Part shown: one piece after another, positions 39,986 to 54,439 of the stretch
Numbering within the stretch: the stretch's first letter is position 1
Layout of the letters: each line of letters opens with the position of its first letter
Source: Octopus sinensis
Lineage: Eukaryota
Direction of reading: 5' to 3'
NCBI RefSeq assembly: GCF_006345805.1
Contig: NW_021833233.1
Location: 1 to 64,000, forward strand
DNA: 64,000 bases
Position numbers and translations under genes: made by a program
The notes under the pieces: generated by a model
What the model was told of the DNA's origin: nothing
Databases searched by the model: none
The model's input: only the letters and a program-made list of their open reading frames with translations

Positions 39986-40629
39986 AGCTATGAACATATA
40001 TGTATATATGCATATGCTCTCTGACCAAACCACTACCTTAGGTAGTAGTTTGGTCAGAGAGTAAAAGTTAGATCGGTTAGGCAACTAGAAACACTCCCGT
40101 TGACAGTATACATATTCTGATGAAAATGTTATAGGAAATTCAGTTTACAAACATGACAATATTAACATCAGGAAATTAAGAACACTATTTGGTGTTAAAT
40201 AACCAGAATTAAGTAAATGCCAACTTGGAAATCTAAAGGAGTTAACTAGAATATACCACATATTTGAGAAACAGAGAAAAATAGTAATACATATATTATT
40301 AAATTAATATTTAATACAGAGACACGTTTGATATAATAGCGTGATAATTATCGACACACTATTTGTTCAAGCAATAAGGTATAGTCATAATCTTGTCAAC
40401 TTGACGCTTACTTAATATAGGAATAAAATAATGACTGCGTTAGTGAAAATTCGATATATCCATTATGAGCTCTAAACACTAAGAGCATATCAAGAAAGAG
40501 AATGCGAAATGTATATAGATATGAAGACAATCGACCGCAGTCTTTCTACCCGTACTGTCTTAACGAAAAGAGAATATATGAGAAAGCAAATCATGCCTTT
40601 AGGAAACATCGACAAGGAAGATGCAATCC

Positions 40630-40964
40630 GTATCAGGACAATTACCACCACTAGGGCAATTACTCACCATAGGACAATTACACACTATAGGACAATTACA
40701 CACCACAAGACAATTACCACCACTAGGGCAATTACTCACCATAGGACAATTACACACCACAAGACAATTACTCACCATAGGACAATTACTCACCGTAGGA
40801 CAATTGCCCCGACCACAACTACCCCTAGGAAAATTACCCCCGCCACTTAGTTAATTACTCCCTCTCTAATATATTAAGAAGTTTTAAGTCATCATCTGTT
40901 GTCCTCAGAGGTAATTGCTCTTGGGGATTATTGTACTTGTGGTGTGGGGGTAAATATCCTAGAC
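40630..40964. mobile_element. Putative MITE with tandem 18-bp ggacaattac subterminal repeats
   Basis: About 10 direct units at left, degenerate inverted units at right (ggggtaaatatcctagac); no TSD found. Confidence 0.5.
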
Positions 40965-41222
40965 GCAGTACAATCGCACTAGAGACACAGAAATTTTTAA
41001 TTGGTGTATAGTATACTAAGAGTTGAGAGAGCATATCATTGATGGGGTCGCTAATGGCAATGAAAGGGCGTTGGCAAATTTAGGCGATTGATTGACTGAC
41101 CGAAAGATGAATCCAGCAACCGATTACTGAATTGGTTAACCAATTAAGAAATATAAAGCATTGCTTCAGAAACGGTGTGCATGTTTGTTATTGGCATAAT
41201 GACCATTCCTAAATACAATAGT

Positions 41223-41530
41223 GAAGGCGCATGGCTTAGTGGTTAGGGCATTCGGCTCACGATTGTCAGGTCGTGAGTTCAATTCCCGGCGGCGCGCTGT
41301 GTCCTTGAGCAAGACACTTTATTTCATGTTACTGGCAAAAATGAGTAGTACCTGTATTTCAAAGGACCAGCCTTGTCACGCTCTGTGTCACGCTGGATCT
41401 CCCTGAGAACTGCATTAGGGGTACACGTGTCTGTGGATTGCTCAGTCACTTGTACTTTAATTTCACGAGCAGGCTGTTCCGTTGATCGTATCAGCTGGGA
41501 CCCTCGTCGTCGTAACCGACGGAGTGCTCC
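41223..41530 (+). mobile_element. SINE with D-type head and family C tail
   Basis: gaaggcgcatggcttagtggttagg...gagttcaattcc...gtccttgagcaagacac; tail ccctcgtcgtcgtaaccgacggagtgc. Confidence 0.85.
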
Positions 41531-42022
41531 TATCCTAGAAGTACAAAAAAATAATGTTTCAAAACTCTAATCCACTCAAAGATTCTTACAAAGCGAAATA
41601 AAAAAAAACAACATAATACATATATGAATATCAATGTTAATCTACCAGGCCACTATGAAATGTAATACGTTGTAACGGATTTTTAAATTTCAGCAGCTAA
41701 CAAATTATGTGTAAACCGAATGCAAAAATTAGCCAAATACATTTTAAAATGAAAACTAGATATAACTAGAATCCTGTATTGAAAAAATATGATCCACTAG
41801 AAATCGATTAAAGATTCCATACTTAATCAAAATCCCATATTGTCTGAATTTACACAGTGTAGATACCAACACTAAGAGCTCTTGTTCTATGATAATGTTA
41901 CGAAGACTTGTTTAAGAACAGTGGAAATATCATATATGCAAGATACATGACAGACTATTAGGTTATTCTACGAACGTACAAAATAAAGAATTATTATCAT
42001 TTTTATTACGTTATTTCTTTTT

Positions 42023-42437
42023 TCTCTTTATTGCCCACAAGGGGCTAAACATTGAGGGGACAAACAAGGACAGACAAATGGATTAAGTCGATTACATCGA
42101 CCCCAGAGCGTAACTGGTACTTAATTTATCGACCCGAAAGGATAAAAGGCAAAGTCGACCTCAGCGGAATTTGAACTCAGAACGTAACGGCAGACGAAAT
42201 ACCTATTTCTTTACTACCCACAAGGGGCTACACACAGAGGGGGGACAAACAAGGCAGACAAACGGATTAAGTCCACTACATCGACCCCAGTGTGTAACTG
42301 GCACTTAATTTATCGACACCGGAAGGATGAAAGGAAAAGTCGACCTCGGTGAAATTTGAACTCAGAACGTAACGGCAGACAAAATACGGCTACGCATTTC
42401 GCCCGGCGTGCTAACGATTCTGCCAGCTCGCCGCCTT
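42023..42437 (-). mobile_element. SINE family A dimer
   Basis: Junction aatacctatttc at about 42202; intact head. Confidence 0.9.
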
Positions 42438-42462
42438 AAATTAACTTTATATAATACACTGT

Positions 42463-42610
42463 CTTAAGGTGGCGAGCTAGCAGAATCGTTACCGCGCCTT
42501 TCAACCTTTCATACTTTCCAGGTCGATAAAATAAGTACCAGCTGTGCACTAGGGTTGATGTAATTGACTAACCCCGCCTCCCATATTTCAGGCCTTGTAC
42601 CAGAAATTGA
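42463..42610 (+). mobile_element. SINE family A-related, internally deleted, head-to-head with previous copy
   Basis: ggtggcgagctagcagaatcgtta...ggtcgataaaataagtaccag. Confidence 0.7.
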
Positions 42611-42961
42611 GATCAAAAAAATATAATGTGATATTTATTCGATTTCCATATCGGAAATGTATTTAAAATGTCAGAAATTTTTAATTGGTTTTTCCCTGAT
42701 AATATAACACAATATTTTGTATTTCATATGTGATATTTCCGTATTATATTTCATATAGGATGTTTTCATATTATATTTCCTACGAAAAAATTAAATATTC
42801 AGAATATAATTCAATATCTGAAAATATTTATCAGACCCGGTGTTTAAAATATTCGTTTTTTATTTGGTTATTAATACATTTTCTTTATTCAATATCGTAA
42901 ATATAAATATATGAGCCTATGTCCCATTTGTTTATGAATATGTATATGCATATATATATAT

Positions 42962-42995
<34 letters not shown>

Positions 42996-43026
42996 ATATA
43001 TATATATATAATATATATATATATAG

Positions 43027-43060
<34 letters not shown>

Positions 43061-43064
43061 ATAT

Positions 43065-43108
<44 letters not shown>

Positions 43109-43597
43109 TATATATATATACATGTATGTATATATAGTAATTGTTAAGGTGACTTGTACTTTAAAACAATACGTGGTGTGTTTTAGTAGCAATGTTCTGT
43201 GTCGTTTCATTCAATTGCCCATTGAAATACATTTTTATTTCTCTCGTAATAAAACTTACGCGCCACAATGTTTTTAAGAATTTGTGATTTTAAAAATGAG
43301 GATTTTCTTTAATTTCAACAAATACAACTCAGATAATTTTTTTTTATTTCAGTGTGAAAATAAGCGTGTCCCTTTTTATTGTATTAATAAAATAATATTA
43401 CAGATGCACAAGCACGCTCATACAAATTCACCGAGTTATATTCAGAATGCTAAGGTTTAATGTCGTCTATTTTCTGAATAAATTGTTTCTAGTACAATCT
43501 TCGATGAAGAATTAAGGTGCACAGCCCATTTAGATGCAGCTATGGTGGTGATCATGAATGAGTGATAGAATGCACCAATTATAAACTACATCTATGG

Positions 43598-43679
<82 letters not shown>

Positions 43680-43699
43680 ATCTATCTATCGATCGATCT

Positions 43700-44135
43700 A
43701 TCTTTATCTATCTCTCTATCCGCTCAGTCGAAGTCGACTCTCAGCTACTCGTTGGATCAGTGTCCTCCAGCCAGTTCTATCATGGGTCGCTTCTTTCAGA
43801 TTGTCAATTCCCGTGTCACTCTTGATGGTGTCAAGCCAGCGGGTTCTTGGTCGGCCTCTTCCTCTCTTGCCACTGACCATTCCGAGCATGATGCCCTTCT
43901 CCAGGGATTTTCTCCACATAATATGACCAAAATATTTCAACTTATGCTTGGTGATCCTAACTTCTAGCGATAGTTTCGACTTGATCAAGTTAAGAACTTC
44001 TCCATTGGTGAGCCTCACTGTCCATGGAATCCGTAAATGTCTTCTCCAACACCAAAGCTCGAAAGCATTAATTCTCTTCTGGTCAGCTTTCTTTAGTGTC
44101 CAGGTCACGCATCCATATGTTGCTATTGAGAAGAT
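43700..44135 (-). pseudogene. RTE-BovB-like LINE 3' end
   Basis: TYGCVTWTLKKADQKRINAFELWCWRRHLRIPWT...KYFGHI...GKRGRGRPRTRWLD...DRTGWR; ends in (ATAG)n. Confidence 0.92.
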
Positions 44136-44335
44136 GAACATATCGTCAGTCATCAAGGGACAAGCTCAACTGGTTAAGGTCAAACAACTGACGAGCAAAT
44201 CTGTGGTATTGAGCAGAATACTTGCTGTAGCCAATCTTTTATATCAAGACAAAACAACTTACATGATAACACTTCCAATTAGTTGAGGTCAGAAGACATG
44301 AGAGCCACTGCTTGGTACTGCATCAGGCCATTTAT
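44125..44335. repeat. Interspersed repeat, second copy at 62480-62650
   Basis: ctcaactggttaaggtcaa...gcaaatctgtggta.tgagca...ataacacttccaat in both. Confidence 0.7.
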
Positions 44336-44533
44336 TATTATTATTATTATTATTATATTATTACTTTTTTTTTTCTTCTTTCAAATTTTCTTCCATTTCT
44401 TGCCGAGTGTCTTCCCGACTCCTAGGGCAAAGAAACTCATAGTGTATATTGGTAGGCCATTAAACCAAACTCAGTAGTTCGTTCATTTTTTTTTTTTTAT
44501 AGTTAAATTAAAATACATGAGCAGCAACAGTTC

Positions 44534-44883
44534 TCACATCGACAATGCTCTTCTCAATACGTGTGATGTACCAGTTAAGACAATCTTTTGCACTTCTTGC
44601 AGGGATGGTAAGCCAGGGATCATTCTCATATAATTTTCGGTTCCCTTCTTGATCATTCCTAGTGCTCTTACGATCACTGGTATTGTAACCGCCTTGAGAT
44701 GCCACATTTTCTCAATTTCAATGAGTAGGTCTTTATATTTTCTGAGCTTGTCAAACTCTTTCGCTGAGATATTATGATCACAGGGGATGCTCATGTCGAT
44801 CAATAAGCAAACTTTATTGTTTGGGTCTTTCACAACAATATCTGGTTTATTGGCCTTGATGGTTCGGTCTGTATGTACTGGAT
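44534..44883 (-). pseudogene. R4/Dong-like RLE endonuclease C-terminus
   Basis: TDRTIKANKPDIVVKD...CLLIDMSIP...KEFDKLRKYKDL...GTSHVLRRAL: PD-(D/E)xK restriction-like endonuclease motif. Confidence 0.9.
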
Positions 44884-45710
44884 ATTATTATTATTATTAT
44901 TATATTATCATTATTATTATTATTATTATTTCATTAGCTGGGAAAATCTGAAATTTAGTTGAAGGGACTAGTCGATTATATCACTATCAGGTACTTGATT
45001 GCTACTTATTTCATCGACCCTAAAAGGACGAAAGGCGATGTAAACCTAGCCGGCATTTGACCTCAGAATACAGACGGAATACCACTAAGTAGTTTGTTCG
45101 TCGTGCAAACGAATCTGCCAGTAATGTTTTCTAATAATAATAAAATTATAAGCATAATATCAGAAATTACATTACGGAAATTTGATTAAGATATGTGACT
45201 TTTATCACCTATAATTAAACAAAGCGAGTTTTGAAATTGCATACCGGAACTACATCAAGTTATTGATTTTGATAAAGTTCAAATATAAAATTCATTGAAC
45301 AAACTGTAAAAGCAGGCAAGCAAGAAATAGCTGAGATGACAAAATGTGAGGATTACCATGAACCTTCGCCCTTAACGTCTGAACAATCGTGATACAAGCA
45401 TACTTAAAACGACATATGATTCAAGAAGATAAATATCAAACTAAGAGTTAGAATCAACGTCAGAAATGTTTCTTGCTCTCTAACGTTCTACTTATATACA
45501 ACTTTATCTATCGCAAACTCTGCATCTCAACAGATTTTTGTAGGTGATATACAGCACATATGTGACCGCTATCAATACATCTAGACCATAACAACCTCAC
45601 TTCTGTAAGGACAAATAAGTCCTGGGGTCGATGTACTCGACTAAAGGTAGTGCTCCAGCATGGTCGCATTACTGAAACAAGTAAAAGAGTAAAAAGAGAG
45701 AGTGTATATA

Positions 45711-45742
<32 letters not shown>

Positions 45743-46076
45743 CACTGAGAGAGAGAGAGTGGGGGACGAATAGAAATATGTATATGACTATATATGAATG
45801 TATAATGTATGCCTTATACGCTGATACTTTATATTAAAGAGCTTAAGCTAACTTCGAAATCATGGGGTGTCGGTTCTTGATTTCGCTGCAGTATATCTTG
45901 AGCAGATCTAATGTTCCTTTGCCCCCTGTCTTCGTATACATTATGGGACAAAAACTGGTTGGACATATATGAGGGATAGCAGTTTATCATATCTAGCATT
46001 AAGAACGACAACCATTTCCCCAACAATGAATAGCTGTTGTTTTTCTGCCAAATTGCATTGTATACATGATTACTGA

Positions 46077-46111
<35 letters not shown>

Positions 46112-46114
46112 ATA

Positions 46115-46242
<128 letters not shown>

Positions 46243-47054
46243 ATATTTGTATTTTCCACTAAATCATTTTTTTCAACGTATATGCTCTATTAGATGATTG
46301 CTTTCTCGTACACACCAAAACAAACGCACAAACACTTTAGATATATACATACATATATATATATTATTATATACATGTATACATACATATATATATACAT
46401 GTATATATATATATACACACACAATATATATATATATATATCATATTTGTATACACTTATACTATAGTTATATATTTATGCATATTTGTATTATATACAC
46501 ACGTATATATATATATATAGATGATGTTATATATGCTTTTATATATATATGAGTGTACATACACACATGCACACATACACACAGATATGTATATGTATGT
46601 ATGTATGTATGTATGCATATATCGTGATGTATACTATATGTGACGTTTTCTGACATAAATAACTTATATATCATACACCTCACCATAATTGGCTATCAAC
46701 GAACAAATGATAAACATCCTCATCAATCATGGCTTTTCCATTGTTATTGAGATCGTTTACACTTAGCGCCATCAATTGTAGTTTGACTCTGCGATTTCAA
46801 GTGTTTGGTGTTCGTCTCATCGGTCTACATCAACTCATCTCTTAATATCTCTGTATATGTCCTACATAACTCCATCACATCTCCTTCTCTCTTACTGTCA
46901 GTTTGCCCGTCACTCCCCAACCACCTCTGTTCTTTCATCTCTCCCTCTATCTCGTACACACACTTTCTCTGCCTCTCCGTCTCATACACATTTTTTCTCT
47001 CTCTCTTCTCTCTCTCTCTTTCACCGATTGCAGTGGCCTTAGTATTCATACGTG

Positions 47055-47441
47055 GAGGCGCAATGGCCCAGTGGTTAGGGCAGCGGAATCGCGGTCATAG
47101 GATCGCAGTTTCGATTCCCAAACCGGGCGTTGTGAGTGTTTATTGAGCGAAAACACCTAAAAAGCTCCACGAGGCTCCGGCAGGGGATGGTTGTGATCCC
47201 TGCTGTACTCTTTCACCACAACTTTCTCTCAGTCTTACTTCCTATTTCTGTTGTACCTGTATTTCAAAGGACCGGCCTTGTCACTCTCTGTGTCACGCTG
47301 AATATCCCCGAGAACTACGTTAAGGGTACACGTGTCTGTGGAGTGCTAGGCCACTTACACGTTAATTTCACGAGCAGGCTGTTCCGTTGATTCGGATCAA
47401 CCGGAGCCCTCGTCGTCGTAACCGACGGAGAGCTTCCATCC
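47055..47441 (+). mobile_element. SINE family C, full length with perfect TSD
   Basis: 14-bp TSD agtattcatacgtg (47041-54, 47442-55). Confidence 0.95.
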
Positions 47442-47679
47442 AGTATTCATACGTGAGAGTAGCAATAACTCTAATTTTTTTTCTTCTTGCCCTTATTTAC
47501 AGATTTTCCGCTCAACCCCGATGTTTTTGTCTTAACCGGCGGCGTTTAGTAAAACACAATCCCCCAAAAAATCGTGTTAATACAAAAACCAAACCCTTCT
47601 CCACACTCCCCAACCGAGCATTTAATATTCTGTAGAAATTTATTTACGTCTGGAGATCATGTTTATGCATACAAGCAAA

Positions 47680-47715
<36 letters not shown>

Positions 47716-47946
47716 ACACATGCATATATATGTATGTATGATTGGATGAATGGGTGAATGGATGGATGGATAGATAGATAGGTAGATAGATTGATAGACA
47801 GACAGACAAATAGACAGACTAACAGAGAAATAGGTAAATATGTGTGTGTATGTGTGTGTGCTAAAGGGTAAGCCGTAGAGAAAAAATTCATTTATAAATG
47901 AATACATTTAAATATTATATATTTTATAAATAATATATATATATAC

Positions 47947-48303
47947 AGTGGCTGTGTGGTAAGTAGCTTGTTTACCAACCACATGGTACGGGTTTAGTCC
48001 CACTGCGTGGCAACTTGGGCATGTCTCTTCTACTATAGCCTCGGGCCGACCAAAGCCTTGTGAGTGGATTTGGTAGACGGAAACTGAAAGAAGCCCGTCG
48101 TATGTATATATGTGTATATGTGTGTGTGCATGTATGTTTGTGTTTGTCCCCCTAGCATTGCTTGACAACCGATGCTGGTGTGTTTATGTCCCCGTCACTT
48201 AGCGGTTCGGCAAAAGAGAATAAGTCCCGGGGTCGAGTTGCTCGATTAAAGGCGGTGCTCCACCATGGCCGCAGTCAAATGACTGAAACAAGTAAAAGAG
48301 TAA
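47947..48303 (+). mobile_element. SINE family B
   Basis: gtggctgtgtggtaag head to gactgaaacaagtaaaagag tail. Confidence 0.9.
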
Positions 48304-48536
48304 TATATACGAAGCAGAGGCGGCTGAAGAAGGGGAATTTTCCTTGTGTTGTATGTCTTGTCCTCTGTTTTTCGTTGTTTATGTCCGTTTCTTTGGTATT
48401 GTTTTTATGTTTTCGTTTCTCATTGTGTTCGACTTCTTTTTTGGGGGTGTCCTGTACCCATATATGCATGTATATATACTTTTAGATGTAGGTACGTACA
48501 TATATATATGTATATATGCATATGTTTTATTTATTA

Positions 48537-48920
48537 CTAGCAGTATCGCCCGGCGTTGCTCGGGTTTGTAAGGGAAATAACTATAAAGCATTTTTAGAGA
48601 GTTATAGCCAAAAAATAGCAAAAAAATGGGAAAAAAAATTATGGTAAATTTTTTTGATAGTTAAAAAGGTCGAGTTGCGTCCCCTACACCATCTGTGGTT
48701 TGTGTTTCTGATTGTCGACCCCATGTCGAATTTATCGATCTTTTTCAGAACTGGGGGAACTTTTCAAAATTTTCTCTGCGTTAGTTTTGAATTATGACAT
48801 TGGGCTATGTGTGTGTCAAGTTTCATCAGAATCGGTTGAAAGCCGTGGTCAGGGTGAGGGTACAACATGACAGACACACAGACACACACAGAGACAAACT
48901 GCCGTTTATATAGAGAGAGA
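48537..48920 (-). mobile_element. Non-autonomous Helitron, same 3' end but different 5' body
   Basis: Minus strand A|TCTCTCTCTATATAAAC...hairpin...CTAG|T; about 110 bp shared with 8088 family. Confidence 0.8.
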
Positions 48921-48976
48921 TTTTGTTATTATATGATGGAACGCCACGAATCCACTTCCAAATAAGTTTTATATTT

Positions 48977-49021
<45 letters not shown>

Positions 49022-49546
49022 CACAGGCACACAGACACACACACTCATAGGTGTATTTGTGTGTGTATTTACTATACGTATTTTTGTTTGCATAAGTTTG
49101 AATGATTTTTATGTGTGTTTATATCTGTGTCTTACCTATTTTCATTCTACACGGTTTCTGTGTTAAAGCTATTTCCTAATCATGAATACAATATTTCGTT
49201 GTAACTTAGTTATTCCTGAAAACCTGATATTATTTTATATCACATGCCTGATTCTATTTCCTGATGTTTCTATTGTTGCAATTAACTTTATCGTTGTATT
49301 TCGTGATGATTTGCACTAATTTACCGCTGGGAAATACTCGATCTCGTCTGCGATAAGTAAAAATATAAGGAAATAATTAGAGAGTTTACTGGTTCGTTTG
49401 ATTTGGTTACTAACTGTTGAGTTGATAAGTAGAGAATTGGCTTGAATTATTTGTATATCTGTTTAAGTTTTTCCATGTCTAGCCGCCTACCTGTCTCCCT
49501 GTCAACTGACATCTTTCTTTCGCTCTCACAACATCACTTTGTGTAT

Positions 49547-49591
<45 letters not shown>

Positions 49592-49639
49592 GCACACACA
49601 CACATACACATATGCAATCCATACTTTAAGTAAACATTG

Positions 49640-50508
49640 GTTTCAAAATTTGGCACAAGACCAGCAGTTTTGGGGAAGGAGTTAAGTCGATGACATCAAC
49701 CCCAAGGAAGATCTGGTCCTTATTTCCTTCTTTCGGGGGTCGCTGAAATAAGTAACAGTTGAGTCCTGGGATAAGTCCAATTGACTAGCTTTCAACCCCG
49801 AAAGGGATGAAAGGCAAAGTCGATCTCAGCGGCATTTGAACCCAAAATGTACAGACTGGGAGAAAATTCCACTAAGTATTTTGCCCGGTGTACTAACAGT
49901 TCTTCCATCTTTCCGTGTTACTTTAAATATTGGTTTCAAATTTTTACACAAGGCCAGGAACTTTGGCGGAGGGCGTAAGTCGATTACATTGACCCCAGCA
50001 AAGAACTGGTACTTAGTTTTTCAATCCCGAAAGGGATAAAAGGAAAAGACGAAATGGGCAGCACGTAAATCCACAACGTACAGACACCGAAATGCTGTTG
50101 GGCAGTTGTCCCTGCGTGCTAACGATTCTCATTTCTTTATTACCTACAAGGGGATAAACATAGAAGGGACAAACAAGGACATACAAAGGGATAGGTCGAT
50201 TACATCGACCCCAGTGTGTAACTGCTACTTAATTTATCGACCCCGAAATGATGAAAGGCAATTCAACTTCAGCGGAATTCGATCTCAGAACGTAACGGCA
50301 GACGAAATACCTATTTCTTTACTACCCAGAAGGGACAAACAAGGACAGACAAAGGGATTAAGTCGATTACATCGACCCCAGTGCATTACTGGTACTTAAT
50401 TTATCGACCCCGAAAGGATGAAAGGCAAAGTCGACCTCGGCGGATGTTGAACTCAGAACGCTAAGCATTTCGGCCGGCATGCTAACGATTCTGCAATCTC
50501 ACCGCCTT
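49640..50508 (-). mobile_element. Cluster of SINE A-related copies followed by a family A dimer
   Basis: Repeated body motifs; junction aatacctatttc at about 50310. Confidence 0.8.
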
Positions 50509-50641
50509 ACTTTAAATATATATTGCAAGTGTGAAAGAGACGTTCGTAATTCCAAGTCAGAGTGGACGTCTTAGACTTCCTCCAGTGTTGATATTGTGAA
50601 CTTAGATGACAACTACATAATTTTATAGAGGAATAATTGGG

Positions 50642-51828
50642 TAATAAAGGTCGACCCTTCTTAAAAGTATATCACAAACGGTGTTGTATAGGGTGTTGTA
50701 TACTGTCAGGAAGTCTTAAACTTTTAAAAGATATGCGTGGCAAATAAATCGTACTCCTTGAATGAAAAACGATTAGAGAGTGGCGTGCATTGTGATAGCT
50801 GGTCTATAAAATAAATTACCCACCAAGAATGGGAAATATAATTCACCCATTCCTTCCCCGTAAGAATGATAGCTCGGTACTTTTGTGAGAAATCCTTATA
50901 GTTTTCTTCTTTTAGACCGTAACAGTGTTATAATCGTTGTGATTCGTAGAAAATGACTTGAGGTATTTGATTACATTCCTAGAATTTATCACTACAAAGG
51001 TTCACTGCTGCATATCAGGTTGTCGCACTTTCTCGTTTGATCACATATAGACAGGTAATACACCCACATCCAAATTTTCATTGCAACTATCGTCTAAGAA
51101 ATGTAGCCATGTCTTAATGTTCACAATAAAACTTGTCATTAAAAATATCTTTTACTACTCTATGCACAAGGCCCGAAATTTTGGAAGCGGAGGGCCAATC
51201 GATTATATCGACCCCAGTACGCAAATATTACTTATAATAAAGGTCGACCCTTCTTAAAAGATATCACAAACGGTGTTGTATAGGGGTTGTATACTGTCAG
51301 GAAGTCTTAAACTTTTAAGATAGGCGTGGCAAATAAATCCGTACTCCTTGAATGAAAAACGATTAGAGAGTGTCGTGCCTTGTGAATAGCTGGTCTATAA
51401 AATAAATTACCCACCAAGAATGGGAAATATAATTCACCCATTCCTTCCCCGTAAGAATGATAGCTCGGTACTTTTGTGAGAAATCCTTATAGTTTTCTTC
51501 TTTTAGACCGTAACAGTGTTATAATCGTTGTGATTCGTAGAAAATGACTTGAGGTATTTGATTACATTCCTAGAATTTATCACTACAAAGGTTCACTGCT
51601 GCATATCAGGTTGTCGCACTTTCTCGTTTGATCACATATAGACAGGTAATACACCCACATCCAAATTTTCAATTGCAACTATCGTCTAAGAAATGTAGCC
51701 ATGTCTTAATGTTCACAAATAAAACGTTGTCATTAAAAATATTCTTTTCTACTCTATGCACAAGGCCCGAAATTTTGGAAGCGGAGGGCCAATCGATTAT
51801 ATCGACCCCAGTACGCAAATAGTACTTA
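50642..51828. repeat. Tandem duplication, 593-bp period
   Basis: taataaaggtcgaccc at 50642 and 51235; differences mostly 1-bp indels. Confidence 0.92.
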
Positions 51829-52052
51829 TTTAATAGACCCCGAAAGGATGAAAGACAAAGTCGACCTCGGTGGAATTTGAACTCAGAGCGTTACGGCAGA
51901 CGAAATACCTATTTCTTTACTACCCACAAGGGGGTAAACACAGAGAGGACAAACAAGGACAGACAAACGGATTAAGTCGATTATATCGACCCTAGAGCGT
52001 AACTGGTACTTATTTAATCGACCCCGAAAGGATGAAAGGTAAAGTCGACCAC
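51765..52052 (-). mobile_element. SINE family A partial concatemer
   Basis: Junction aatacctatttc at about 51908. Confidence 0.85.
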
Positions 52053-52465
52053 TGCAAAGTCGACTAAACACTTCAAAACGGTGACCCAGCCTGGCCGCAA
52101 TCTAGTGATTGAAACAAATAAGAGATAATATCTAAAAGATCGCACTGATGTCTCATGAAATATTAAGATTTTAATTATGCAGTCAATTATTTCTGGTAAT
52201 ATATTATTCTGTCAGGTCGCGTTTAAAATGTTGCTTCAGTTTCATATAAGCCATGATCATGAAATTATACATACAAATACGTGTGAATATACATGTATAT
52301 ATATATATGTACACATATATATTTGTGGTCATATACATATATATATGCATACGTAAAATACTTTTTCTATTCCTGAGCGTTATACTAATACATCTGTTTG
52401 TTTTGTACACCACCTGTCTTCGTCTTTTGTTTTTTTCGTTAACTCTCCCTATATATATGTACGTA

Positions 52466-52520
<55 letters not shown>

Positions 52521-53599
52521 TATGTTTGTATATATGTTTGTATATATATATACATATGTATATGTATACATACATATAAATATATATATATATATGTGTG
52601 TGTGTGTATATAGATACATACACGTATACGTATGTGAGTATGTTGTGTGAGCGCGCGCGTGTGTAGATATGCATAAATACATGCATGTAATCATATATAT
52701 ATATATACAGAGAGAGAGAGAAAGAGAGAAATGTGTATGTATATTATATATAGTGTTCATATATGCAGAGTGAGAGAGATAGAGAGAGAAATAAGGAGTA
52801 AGTACGTCACTGAGTGAGTAAGTGAACGAACGTGGAGTTAGTGAGTGAGTGAGTGAGTAATTGAGTGAGTGACTGAGTGGTTGAGTAAGTGATTGAGTGA
52901 ATGAGTGTACAACTAAAAAGGAGAATGAGTGACTAACGGAAAGAAAGAACAAATTAGAGAGGGCGAAGCAATATTTTAGTAGGCACCATACGATGTGTAG
53001 TATTCCTAATGAAATGACGTAGTCCTCTTCTTAATTCGCAATTTAATGGTATTAAGATTTTCCTCTGCTCATTTAAAGAAGATTATATTTACATTAATTA
53101 TTGATTATTCATCTCATGAGATCCATTTCTCTTCTACAGCGTGCATTATTTATGAATTACGTAGAAATATATGTAGGTGGAAGCATTAACACATGCAATC
53201 ACCGTGCACAAAAGGCCAGTTAACGACAAAAGTCCAATCAATTGTCGTTTCCATTACTGAGGATAATTAAAACATGCATCATGTTTAATAGCGGCAATTC
53301 TGAATATTGTTAGTTTCACTTGAACAAGGTTTTGAATTAAACCGTAAATTCAAGGGACAGGATTAGCCGCAGTCATGTTGAGGTATAAAAACCAGGAAAT
53401 GTTCTGATTGGAGAAGAAACGGATTTACGGAAGATTTAAACGCCTCCTCGCTGTCACAACGCACATTATAAATGAACTGTTATGAATATTTGATTGTTAA
53501 TAATTACCGTTGCTCTGACCATGAGATTCTATGTCATAACCGTGCTTGTAATATTTATTTTCACATCTGTCATCAAATACGTCCACATTAATTTTGCTT

Positions 53600-53678
53600 A
53601 TTATTATCATCATCATTATTATTATTATTATTATTATTGTTGTTGTTGTTGTGGTTGTTGTTGTTATTATTATTTTTA

Positions 53679-53725
<47 letters not shown>

Positions 53726-53760
53726 ACTACTACTACTATTATTATTACTATTATTATTAC

Positions 53761-53802
<42 letters not shown>

Positions 53803-53890
53803 TATTATTATTACTATTTTTATTATTATTACTATTATTATTATTATTATTATTATTATATTTTCATTATAATTTTTATCATCATCATCA

Positions 53891-53922
<32 letters not shown>

Positions 53923-53971
53923 GTGGTTGTTGTTGTTATTATTATTATTATTGTGGCTGTTGTTGTTGTTG

Positions 53972-54034
<63 letters not shown>

Positions 54035-54045
54035 TATCATTATTC
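53600..54045. repeat. Compound TAT/TGT/CAT microsatellite
   Basis: Direct inspection. Confidence 0.95.
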
Positions 54046-54369
54046 ACATGAGCTGTAATCTATCGAAATCATTGGCATAATAAAGCGTACAGCGAATGCG
54101 AGCTCATAATTTTAGCGTGAGCGCTTATTCATAGTCCACATAAACCTGCGAAACTTTGATATCAACCTTAATATCAAACGCAAGGATCGTGTAATTTAAG
54201 TGACGTTCCAAGGATTAAACGAGTTTATTGTTTCTTCCCTTGAAGAGCATCCAATAAAAAGGATTTTGTGAATATCCTATGCGCAACAGCAACTTTGTTG
54301 TTTGTCTTTCGGCAACATTTCATTGTCAACAGATAGGCTTGAGGTTTATTTGATAATATTCGTTTCTAT

Positions 54370-54439
<70 letters not shown>

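Noticed and set aside
46682-46790. Minus-strand frame MALSVNDLNNNGKAMIDEDVYHLFVDSQLW ending at gtgagg
   Set aside because: Weak acceptor, no homology; cannot be supported
48325-48360. ctgaagaagggg...cctt as a hammerhead
   Set aside because: No GAAA strand follows in either family copy
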